Source: Marsupella aquatica (lineage: Eukaryota > Plantae > Marchantiophyta). From it: a DNA stretch of 64,000 nucleotides. The translations under genes were made by a program, and so were the position numbers. Position 1 is the first letter of the stretch. Every line of letters begins with the position of its first letter. The notes beneath the pieces were generated by a model. The model did no database searches. It was not told the DNA's origin and saw only the letters and a list, made by a program, of their open reading frames with translations. The stretch spans positions 21,154,558 to 21,218,557 of the forward strand of contig OZ316895.1 of NCBI GenBank assembly GCA_973895155.1. The letters are read 5' to 3'. This document shows, one piece after another, positions 36,301 to 47,600 of the stretch.

Positions 36301-37285
36301 TGACATGCTAATCCTGGCTGAGAATAAGTCTGATGTTGCTCATCTCAAAGCAATGCTGAGTAAGGAGTTTTCAATGAAGGACTTGGGTCAGGCCAAGAAG
36401 ATACTAGGGATGGAGATTCATCGTGACAGGGAGCAGAGGCAATTATGGTTGTCTTAGAGGCAGTATTTGGAGAAGGTACTTGCCAAGTATGGAATGGAGA
36501 ATGCAAAACCAGTTGGTACTCCATTGGCTTCCCACTTTAAACTCTCAAAGAATGATTGCCCTTCTAGTGAGAGCGATAGACTGGCAATAAAACATGTTCC
36601 CTATGATAGTGTTGTGGGTAGTTTGATGTATGTAATGACATGCACTAGACCTGACATTGCCCACGTTGTTAGCATTTTGATCGAGTAGATTTATGGCAAA
36701 TCCTGGTAAGCTTCACTGAGAAGCAATGAAGTGGGTTTTGTGGTATCTAAAAAGTACCTTAGATTGTGGGATCTTATTTGACGGTAAAGCAGACTCTATA
36801 TATTAGAGTTGGAAGGTTTTGTAGATTCAGATTATGCTGGTAACTTGGATAACAGGAAGTCTACTACAGGCTATGTGTTTATGCTGGGTGGAGGTTGTAT
36901 CAGCTGGAAGTCGGCAACTCAATCTTGTGTTGTGTTGTCTACTACTGAGGCTGAGTACATGGCTGCATGTGAGGCAACCAAGGAGCTGATCTGGCTACGG
37001 AGATTGGTGAATGATTTGGGTCTTTCACCTGAAAGACCGGTGCTGCTGTGCGACAGTCAAAGTGCTTTGCATCTGGCTAAGAACCCTGTGTTCCATGCCA
37101 GGACAAAGCACATTGATATTTGTTATCACTTCATCTGTGAGGTGATTGAGACGAAGCAGATGTTTCTGGAGAAGGTGGCTTCAGAGGAGAATGCGACAGA
37201 CATGCTTACCAAAGTTTTACCTACCAGTAGCTTTAGTCATTGTGTGGATATTATTAATGTTAGGGCCAAACTGGAGACTATGTAG
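33328..37285 (+). pseudogene. Inner copia gag-pol, broken into several ORFs
   Basis: ORF fragments: 33205..34629 (FEVEKFD, CWHCHEKGHTKWNC, WMLDSG), 34709..35305 (HSDVWGP, VDDYSR), 35516..36457 (YKARLVAKG, YVDD, with a deletion in RT after QMDVIT) and 36809..37285 (RNase H). Confidence 0.92.
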
Positions 37286-37352
37286 ATATGTTACTTAGTT
37301 ACATATTATATATCACCTAACTCATTGTGTGAACTTGAGTCAAGGTGGAGAT

Positions 37353-37640
37353 TGTTAGGAATTGACTCTAGTTCCCGACTTAGTTAGCTTGGCCTTACTA
37401 GGGTTAGTTAATCCTGGATTACATTAGGATAAGATCCGCTTAGTTTAGGCCCACTCATCTTGGCCCCTTGGGGGTATAGGTTGGAGGGAGAGAACTCTCT
37501 CCCTCATTCTTCACATGTATTCTCATTTGCTATGGAGCCTTCAGGAGTTTCTCAACTCGGGGTGTCTCGTCGGTGTAGCGTCTGATTGAGTGTCTCTCAT
37601 TCCGCATTGCTGTCTAGTCCGAAGCTGACGGTTTCTTACA
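37353..37640 (+). repeat. 3' LTR of the inner copia
   Basis: Direct repeat of 31417-31704, preceded by a PPT. Confidence 0.95.
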
Positions 37641-37645
37641 GAAGA

Positions 37646-38245
37646 TGCTGTCTATGATTGACCCAGCTTCTTTTGAGCATCATCAGACAATAAAGAGCTC
37701 ACTACCTTATTATACAAAATGGACTTCAGATCTTTGTACAAGAGCACCTGTTTCAAACCCTAATATGACGGCGGTAAGGAGCTTAGCAGAAGCAAGGCCT
37801 TATCCTCATCTTCAACTTATTTTCCCAGGTTTGATAGATCCACCGCCAGACTGTCAAACTCATCCAGGTGATCCTGCAGCTTGCTCCCTTCCTTGAGCCT
37901 GAGGCTCATCAAGAGAGACTTCTTGTACAGCCAGTCTAACGCATCTTCCTGGTAGTACTTCTCTCTTAGAGCCTTGAACAGTGACGTGCAATCCGCATAA
38001 TCATCCAACTTCTTGATGATGTGCGGCTTATGATAAAGCATAATTGCATTGACAGCAATTACCTGCTCCTGTCTCCACTACTTCCCTGAGATCTCCTCTT
38101 CTCCATCATACTACTCTCGTGAAGAGAGCAGATGAGCTAAGCCCATGGCCCGAAGAACACCCTTCACTTGCTTCTCCCACAACAAGTAATCAGTACGACC
38201 ATCATATTTCTCCACCTCAAACTTAACTCCTCCAAATCTAGCCAT
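37646..38245 (-). pseudogene. Outer copia gag N-terminal part
   Basis: MARFGGVKFEVEKYDGRTDYLLWEKQVKGVL... and LYKKSLLMSLRLKEGSKLQDHLDEFD (UBN2-type gag), with stops. Confidence 0.88.
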
Positions 38246-39580
38246 CTCCCTCTTCTTTCCAACTACCGACAACTCTGGTAGTAGTACAGCTTCCTCCACT
38301 GCACGCCACACCGGTGATCATACCGGTGATACTAGTTCTTCCTCAAACAGTAGCAGCTCCTCCTCAGACTCACCGTTTGATTGTCGCGATCCTGAAGCTC
38401 CACCGATGCCAATTCTTCCAATATCCTCCGAGTCACTCATATGAAACAATAAAAAAACATCTTTTTTTGAAACTTCTCATAAAACTCAAAACTCAACACT
38501 GCCGTGTAGCCCACAAAGCTAGGAGTCCAATACTGAAAGCCGAAATCAAAATCAAAATTCAACGGAAAAGTTATTCAAATTTTGGTCGGGGTGGGTAAAA
38601 CCTTGGGAAACTCCCTCATTTTGACCACCTCAGAGAATAACCGAAATACCAAGTACAACTCGTCGTTGGAATTGCAATGTGATCGATGCACCGCGTTGCC
38701 AACTTCAATGGCTACGACCTCGCCAAAAAAGAACCAAAAAAGTTACCGTTTGGCGGACGAAATCTTTGTCGGACGGCCAAAAAACAGCTCTTTATTTTTT
38801 GGGAATATTCCCGCACAGTCCGACAGGTCTCACAAGGGGCTGTTCCCCCTGTCGGAGCGGTTAAAACGGAGGGCAGGTCCCGGCACAAGAGGAAAAACAA
38901 GGGGAAAGAAAATGGCTCAAAATATGGCCCTAAAGGGGGTCCAATGTCCCTTAATCTAAGAATACCTCGTAAGGGCCGGCGTACGCACAGGGGGTATACT
39001 CGGGCGGCTACATACGCAGCCGCGTATGCCGGGCCGGGGAGGAGTGAGGGGCGACCGCTTCGCCACGATCAAACCGTTGAGCCGTAGCACTTCGCGTTTC
39101 TTCCATTGAGTTGGACGTCACGAGGAGAAATCCGATTCAGATGTGAACAAGCTCCATAGCTTGTGAAAAAACCTGAACGCCTCCTTCACTCGTCAAGACA
39201 CACTTGGTAACAACTCGACAGCAATCCAGCTACCAAAATGACCATCTCGCTTCAACCTTCAACTTGAGCTATAATGTGTGATCCCTCCCGCACCGCACAC
39301 TTGACACCGTTGAAAAATGCAAACTCTGGTCTCTCCCCCGAAAAGCCGTCGAACACGAAGAAAACCTGAACGACGCAAACTCCGATTCCTTCGCACCACG
39401 GATACCGATCAGCGAGTTCTAACCACCGTTAGAAAGCCCTCTCACCAACCGATCCGCTCAGCCACACACATTCGAGTTTCATGCGATGAAACTCCAAATG
39501 TACCATCGACAATGAACGTTGAAAAAAAAACCCGTCACAAAAAAAACCTCGTCACCTCCCAGGCATGCTCTGATACCACT

Positions 39581-39923
39581 TGTTGAGCATAGATGACATT
39601 CGCAACTGCAAGCCCATGAACCATCCAATGCACAAGAGTCGACACAGAGAGATACGTGGTTCACCTCCACATGAGGCTACGTCCACGGGAACACACAAGA
39701 GCTTTATGCACTCTAGACCGACCGGCCATACCAAGCATCCACAGCACAAGTTCTCCCTATCTCTCAACTAGCTCCGTAACAATGAGCCTAAGTTTCACCA
39801 GGGTCTGGCATCAGCCCTGGCTTAATACACAACAACACTACCGCTAACATTAGCTAAGTCCTAACCCAAGTTGGACTAACTGTGGTTAGCTCATGAGTCA
39901 CAAGACTAGAACAATATCTAACA
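39581..39923 (-). repeat. 5' LTR of the outer copia
   Basis: 343 bp, adjacent to the PBS (GCTCTGATACCA on the + strand at 39567-39578). Confidence 0.95.
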
Positions 39924-40259
39924 GGCTGCCCCTTGATAAGGCAGATTGAAATGAAAATACATGACACAAAAATCTGAAGAAGACAAAATCTGAAATGTGC
40001 ATTCACCATATAGGAGCTTCAAAAATTTGCCTGCTTTGGTCACTGTGGAGATTGGCATGACAGAGTGATCGTCCAAAATAACAAACCCAAGGTCCCAAGG
40101 ACATCATGTTCCCAAGGAGATCATATTACACCTATAATTGTAAAATGATGCGTCATTCCCTTTGAAGAGGGGCCTAATCCCTGTAGTAAGTTGTGATTTA
40201 ATGTAGTGATGCCTCCACATTTGGCTGCAGTCAAAGGCTGTGAAGTACAATGCTTGGCC

Positions 40260-40324
40260 AAATAGCTTCCAACCTGAAAACCAGGTGAATATAAATAGCT
40301 TCCAACCTGAAAACCAGGTGAATA
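40260..40324. repeat. 33-bp tandem duplication
   Basis: AAATAGCTTCCAACCTGAAAACCAGGTGAATA occurs twice with period 33. Confidence 0.9.
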
Positions 40325-41659
40325 AAAAATGTCCTCAGCAGAATGATCGCCTATTTCAGAACTCAGCCTCCTTCAGTGGCACCTCAATAACTCGGTATTA
40401 CTAATTTATCAGACTGTATAGTACCAATGTGAACCTACTGTTCAAGGGCAAGGCCTAATGTCTAAAATTAAGTTACGGGTTTGGGTGTAAAACAAAGATG
40501 TGGGGGCAGGGTGAGTCTCTGAAAATGATGCAATGTGGGAAGAGTGTCAGGAAACAAATTGAACAAAAACTAATAATTGGCAATGGGCTTGAATGTTCTA
40601 ACCCCTATTATGTTCAAAGAAAGGGCTCTAAGACTTGTGGAATTGATTTGCCTCTAAGATGGTGGGACCTCCATTCTTAGGCTAGCTATCATCCATGCTA
40701 TCCCACCAGATAGATCTATTTCTAAACCCACGACAAATGGGAAATGATGGTCTTCTTTGAACCGTCAAACTGGAAACGAACGGCCAAGATCTCAGGAGTC
40801 AGGCGACATTTCTTTATTCCCTCCCTTTTCCGCAAACTCTAATTCCGAACTGCCAGCGTGACACACTGCTGCCACAGCGGCAACGATAGGACCCAGAACT
40901 GCATTAAAATATAGGGACAAAGTAATCCTATTTTATTCCACACAACGAGCGCAGCCGTCGATCTCGGGAATCGAGGGTTCGAGTTCGATCAATGTAAATT
41001 AGAATATACCTCGGAAGTGCGTGAAATTGGATATGAAACTTTGGTCAGTACAGTACTCTAAATGATGATCTGTTCAGCTCGAGCGCTGCGCTGAGGAAGG
41101 AGTGGGGGAAGAAACAGATCTGATTACTTTGGGAGCTGAAGAAACTCGTGGCGGCGAAGGAAATTTGGAGAGATCGGTCGAGCGTACGAGTGGCAGATGA
41201 TGGCGGAGTGTGCGGCAAAAGAAAGCGCAGAGAGAGGAGCTGCTGCACGAGGTTTTTTTTTGGCTCTGAATTGGTGAGAAATTGAGCTCATCGTCTGTGG
41301 AAGACGAGGTGCGGAGTCTGTCGAGCTTGCTTGCATGGACGGCGATTGATGTGGAAGGCGGGGAATTTTTGGGCGTCCAAGAAGCGAGGGAGTGAGAAGG
41401 AGCAGGCAGGGGAAGCGGTGGATGGATCGATCCGGCGAATGCAGGGTTTGGGATGCGATCTTTGAGGGAAAGAGGGGAATTGTGGTTGGCGAGATGTTGG
41501 TCATTGCGTGATCCAGGGTGACGGACAGATTGCAGGGGCCTGGTGTCGAGGAAATGTGAAGATCGTTGTGGTTGTCGGGCAGAGAGCGACATAGAGAGGA
41601 GATGGTGGAACTTGAAGGGGAAAAAATCATATAGGCAAGAGTGAATTTGAAGGAGCATC

Positions 41660-44600
41660 ATGTTCGAGGCTCACGTAAGTGAATTCGCTCTGATCTCGTC
41701 CTTGTATTAGTTATGCTCCGTGTCTTTCCGCGAGAGGTCTAGGGTATACAATTGGCGGAGAATCCTGGCTTTGCAGTGATGGCAAGTATGCCCAGACGGG
41801 AGGGCTATGATGTTTTGAAAGGTCCTTTGTCCAATTCATATAAGAGAAGTCTTGGAATGATGTCGTGAGCTTCCGGTGTACTATTTCATGTCGTGCATTG
41901 CAAGAAAGCCGGCCAAACAACACCCTTAGAGTAAAATCCTTTAAATCCTATAATCATCTTGTATATCTTTTCAATTATATGTCCCGTCGACTCTGGCTCA
42001 TGTTATTAGAGTCTCTGGAACATGATTGGATTCCCAGCCGAGATTACAACCTTATAACGAAGGTCGACTGTGTAAGAAACGTATCAAAAGGTGTGTATGA
42101 CGAATGATGTGAATCCTTGGTTAAATGAGGAAAGTTTTGGTTCCTAATTCTATCGCTAGCCCGTCTCGTTCCTGCGAAACAATACAGGTGCAAGGAATGA
42201 AACAGGTCACGTATCTTCTTGAACAGCCAACGCTAAACCTTTGTCTCTAAAGGGTCGTATTCGGTGGTCTTATGGCATATAAAATTGTGTTTTACTGACA
42301 CATCTTCTAATTTGTCAACAGGTTCTGCATCTTCTGCGTCGATATCTCGGAGAATATGTGCGTGGTCTGTCAGTGGAAGCTCTAAAGATTAGTGTCTGGA
42401 AAGGTGCTGATCCTCTTTCTAAGTCTCATTTCGTTTACCTCCTGAAAGACCTTAACTCTGTGTGGACTGTTTATCCTCTTAAGCTTCAGCTGTTTTGTTG
42501 GGAAACTCGCTCTCCTAAATTTGCTACGGTTAATTACTCACAATTCTATGTAAATGAATTATTTTTAAAAGGGGAATTGGTTCATCTACCTCTGCGGAAC
42601 TTTAGGACTTTGAGTAGTATTTAAACAAAGCAACAGAGCAGATATATTGTTCAGCGGAAGGTGCGATTTGGAACTTTGGAGGTAGCCTTTTGACATGAAG
42701 ACTTGGTACTATCCGTTTCACTCTGTATCATTTATCGGCGAGGGGCAGATAGTTGATTTCCTCTAAGGGCCCACCCTCATTTGAGAACACTCAGGATGCC
42801 TCATTTGCGATGACCATCCGACGTGCAAGTAACGGATGGTACATGTGGACTGGATGATGGCAGGCGATGTCGTTCTTAAGGACTTGCAGCTGAAAGCTGA
42901 AGCCTTAAATGCCTTGAAGCTTCCCATTACCGTTAAAGCTGGTTTCTTGGGATCGGTTACACTAAAGGTTTTTTCCCAACTTGCACCCAGTTTGCTACAG
43001 TTCTTCAGCAGTGCTTTACTCTTGGTTTGCACAGGTGTAAGTAATTAGTTTGATGCCCTGTGCAATCGTTTTTCAGTGTGAGGGTCGTTCATTAGGTAAT
43101 ATTGTATCCTGTATTGACCTCCACAAAGGATGGTAATAAGCGTCGTTACATCTTGTTTGGGATCCATCAATCAATCTTCAAGCCAGATGATGGTGCTCCT
43201 TTCTTTGTTCATGGTTCTTGATTTTTCTTGTAGCTTCTGAATCTACAACGTTTGACAGCTTATTTGGTGGGACCGTCGCAGGTTCCTTGGAATCGGCTCG
43301 GGAAAGAACCTGTTATTGTCCTCTTAGACAGAATATTTGTTCTTGCAGAACCTTTGAGTGAGGAATCCTCTATAAAGGTAATAGGTGATTTTGCTTTTGA
43401 CTTCTGATGTTTCAGCTAGAAGTAGACCCCAGGAATTGGTTTTTCCTTTTAATTGCCTTACTGGACCGGACACGATATGCGAGGATTTTCATTGTTTCAT
43501 GGGACTTCAAATACGTTAAGCACTACTCCAAGGTCTCTAAACTACGTGCATGCGTTGTGCAGACAGAGGATAAAGAAAACTGGTTAGAGTCGAAGAGACG
43601 CCGTGTGGAGGTACTACAAACTTTTGGCTGATTTGAGTGATCCTTGACATTTTTTCCGCTAGTGGCAGCATTGATCTAGCTGTTGTTGTCATCGTAGGGG
43701 TAGCTTGTTTTGTTATAAGGTGTGTCATCAGATTTAGTTCTACTTGACCCCTGAGTCCACGTTTTATACAAAATACACGCGGTACAAATTACGGAACCCT
43801 TGATAGTGTTCAGTTGTGAAAATAATGATGCCTGGTGATTGTTTTCAGGAGAAAGAGTTGACCTATCTTGAAGCTAAGGACAAGAAGACAGCACCAGCTG
43901 AGAATGTATGACCACAAGTCTTCAAATCTACTTTGATATTGTTTATTGGTTCTTGATGAACGTTTTTTCTCAGTGTAGATTAATCCTTTTTTTAAGTGTT
44001 AGGTGTTGACTTATCAGTCTACGTGACATTCGGTCGTATTATGTCTTGCGTCTGGTGGTTCAGAAAACAGATATTTGTTCTAGGATGAATAGTTCTGTTC
44101 AAAGCAGTGGTAGATTGTGCTTTGTCACGCATGTTCTGAAGATGAAGATGAGCTCAGCCAATGGACTAGTTCCCACTTAGACTCTTGCGATCATTAATGA
44201 AAAGTCTCAACTTTATAGATTGATAGGAAACATTGAGACTCCTGGATGGGCACATAGAGAGTGCAATTGTGATGTAGCTCTCACACATTCTGATTACCTC
44301 CACAGGCGACAGAAACAAGCACGTGGTTGGGCTCTCTGATTGCAACAATTGTTGGCAACCTCAAAATATCTATCACCAATTTGCACATTAGATATGAAGA
44401 CTCCATCAGGTTTGTTGGCAAGTCAGATTTTGGGCTTTGGAGCAGATCGCTGTTGTTCAGTGTAGGAATGCTGTTCAAATTTCCTCTGCTTTTCCAAATA
44501 CCAGGATCGAACCGGAATGCTTATACAGGTGTAACGTGGGCACTTCCCATGGTATGCCTTCCTCATTGTTTATATCCACCGAACCAACACATAGAGTTTG

Positions 44601-47600
44601 CACGCATATAGAATGATCTGAAGAAGCAATCGCTGAGATGGAAAATTGCAGCGGAATCTAGATTTGGTACCGAACATATGTTGTCTACTGATGGTGATTT
44701 TCTTGGTGAATGCAGCAACCCAGGTCATCCCTTTTGCTCCGGTGTCACACTGGCAAAACTTGCTGCTGTTACTGTGGATGAAACAGGAAATGAAACCTTT
44801 GTGGCCAGTGGAGCGCTGGAAAGACTACGCAAAGTTAGTTTTGCTACTTCCTCATTATTTTGTTTATGTTAAAAGCATCAATTCATTAGTCTAGTAACTT
44901 GATCCAGTTGACCTCTGACAAGGTTTTAGATCTGGTGGACGGTGATAAGTGATCTCAAGATTTGCTTCTGCTGTGTTTGTCGTTCTTGTGATACAAGTTC
45001 TACTACAGTTAGTTTTGGAGTTGTGTAACTTCTCTCTTGCTGTGAATCTCCTTGTGTTGTGTCTTACTGTAATGTTCTACTCTCTGAAGAAATTGGAGCT
45101 TCAACGATTTGCTGTGTACCATGATTCAAATACCCACCCCTGGAAGGTGGACAAACAGTGGGAGGATCTTACACCAGCAGAATGGAGTGAGGTAGATTTG
45201 TCCCAGGACTTTTATGCACCAGATCATGATGTCTATCCCGCAATTGTTGGTGTCAGAAAACAGTCATGCTGTGGCTCTTCGCACTTCACGGAAAGTGACT
45301 CGGCTGTCTTTGGAACACTGATCGCATTGATGTTTTTGTATGTGTTGGGATTGGCAACGGAGCTCCTGTAAATTGTTCTCAATTCTATCATATTCTCGGT
45401 ACCTAAAAACTAACTTTATGGTCAGTTTTGTCGCCTTAGTGGTTGTTGTTCCGGATTTTGAAGTCTGATGATATTCCGTCAATTTCCAGATCTTTGAGGC
45501 TGGTGTCGCGGCAGATGTGCATGCGAATGTGAGCGCTGAAAACTGGGCAATTGGCCGCAAGTATTTACTTCACCCTATTGAAGGTAGCTTGAGATATCAT
45601 CGTCGTGGAAAGCGGGAGAATAGAGAACCCCATGTTCCATTCCAAAAGGCTTCACTAAGGCTTGATCAACTTTCTGTGACAGTTTCAGAGGTAAGAAGTT
45701 TATCTAACTGCTCTGACTATTTTGATGTGATTATCGGTGTTTATAACCTCACATTTCTGCCCTGTTAAGTAGGTTATTATACTACATATTTCCCCAATAT
45801 TTCTACAGTGGATAACTTTCGATATAGTTTGGTTGCATTGGAATTAGATTGGTGTCAACTGCTCATCGGCTATCTGATGGCAAAAATTGTTCATTTTGTC
45901 AGTGGCGAAAGTTCGGAAGCGACTTGCCAAGTCTCATGGTGTCTTTTCTGACAGCAGTGTATGGGGCCTTTAGGTTTTGCTAGTCAAATTGCTGGATATT
46001 GTATGATGTTTACTGGTATGGGTGATTTGTCATGTTTGTGCAGGCTCAGTACTGTGATGGAATGAAGTTGCTGGAGGGAATTTCTAGATACCGGACACGT
46101 ATGCAGTATTCTCATTTGCGGCCTCTGGTTCCAATATCTGGGAATGCACAGGCCTGGTGGCTATACGCTTGTCAAGCCGTCTTACAGCAGCAATCAAGAA
46201 TTTGGTCAGTGGCTATTCGGATGGCAATTTGTTTTGTGTCGTCGTACAGTGGACAACACCCTCCCCTACCGCTGTCCTCGCCAATTGGATACTCTCACAA
46301 GAAGAATTACGATGGAAAACCACATACAGACGTTTGGGTAGAGACTTGATATCATGTTATAGTAGGGCTCGGGACATTTTTAAAAGGGCCTGACGGGAAT
46401 CATGGTGGCATTGCTCCTTACGGTAGGGTCAGTTGATGGAGCTCTCTAATATATACATCTTATTGACTAGTGCTCGTGCTTCACAGGTATCGTCTTTCCT
46501 GGGCACAATTGATTGATGTTTGCGAGAAGAGGAGAAAATATGTCAGGTTGTATGCAAGCTGCTTGCAGCAAAGTCCTAAAGTGGATAACGAGGAGATAAA
46601 AGAGATGGACACGAGCCTCGATGTTGAAGTCATTCTGCTTTGGAGGTTGGCTTTGACCCAGAAAATCTAGCTCTTTTGGCCCGAATACAAGAATTGCTTC
46701 ATTGCAGTTCAAGAATTAGTTCATCTCTTTGTTTGCTGGGTTGAACACAATTCGCAAAGTCTGCAGGTTATTTGCTGAAGCAAGTGCTTAAAATCAATTT
46801 TGGTTGCTAACATTGAAGCGATTTGAGTATTTTATGCTTTCTGCCTTATAACTCCCACCAACTCAACGGCTCGTCACGGAACTGTTCAAAAGGTTACTCA
46901 AGGATTACTGTATTTATTTCCTCTCTCTTGAAATGATAGGTTGTTAGCCCACGCAAAAGTGGAGAGTGCAAAATCAAAGGAAGCAGCAATGGAGCGGGAA
47001 CGTGTAAGGCGAAGTGGTTGGTGGTCTTTTGGATGGTAAGTATAGTATATGCCCTCAAGGTTTCAATTTTTGTACTGCCCACTTTGGTACGGAAGCTGAA
47101 TTTTGGGTGGCCTCCCTGATATCTATAGGAGAGGTGCTGATGCTAATCGCCCCACCTTCGCTTCAAGTACAAAAGCCGACGTTGAGACAGAAGCACCAGT
47201 GCATTTGACCACAGAGGAGTGGAACAAGATTAATGACCTTTTGAGCTATAAACCTGAGGAGGAGTCTTCAGCACTGTCGAGTCCAGAAGCACCTAATATG
47301 CTCCAAACAGAGTTAGAAGTTTCGATAGGGCGCAGTGGAGCAGAGGTGCTTGATCAAAGAGAATTGCAAATCCTTTGTGGAAGGTTTGAGGACTTACAAA
47401 TCTCACTGCTACGCTATCCGAAATCTGAGAAGTGTGACGTGAAGCTCAAATTCTATGGGCTCTCAGCACCAGAAGGAGGCCTTATAGAGGTGCATATCAA
47501 TTATGGACACCCAAGGCTTCGTCTTTAAACTTATCTACTGAACTCATATATCTCTTACGTTGTCGAGTTTTACCAATATCTATCAGCATTCTTTGCATTC

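Larger units (their letters stand above)
31417..37640 (+). mobile_element. Full-length, decayed Ty1/copia LTR retrotransposon (inner element, different family) inserted in the outer gag
   Basis: 288-bp LTRs at 31417-31704 and 37353-37640. TSD GAAGA at 31412-31416 and 37641-37645. PBS TGGTATCAGAGC at 31707-31718 and PPT AAGGTGGAGAT at 37342-37352. About 11 substitutions plus 2 indels between the LTRs by hand count. Confidence 0.96.
25358..39923 (-). mobile_element. Full-length, decayed Ty1/copia LTR retrotransposon (outer element of the nest)
   Basis: LTRs at 39581-39923 (5') and 25358-25701 (3') with TG..CA ends. TSD GGCTG at 25353-25357 and 39924-39928. tRNA-Met PBS at 39578-39567 and PPT at 25712-25702. 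Domain order is gag-PR-IN-RT-RH. About 17 substitutions plus 1 indel between the LTRs by hand count. Confidence 0.96.

Noticed and set aside
38314-39586. Several + strand ORFs antisense within the outer copia leader (possible extra ORF)
   Set aside because: Short, overlapping and without motifs; expected in a GC-richer leader.
40940-41000. GGTTCGAGTTCGATC resembling a tRNA T-loop/B-box
   Set aside because: No cloverleaf, acceptor stem or A-box can be formed.
41045-41661. 195-aa and 168-aa minus-strand ORFs head-to-head with VPS13
   Set aside because: Low-complexity Ser/Pro/Leu translations of the complement of a purine-rich leader.
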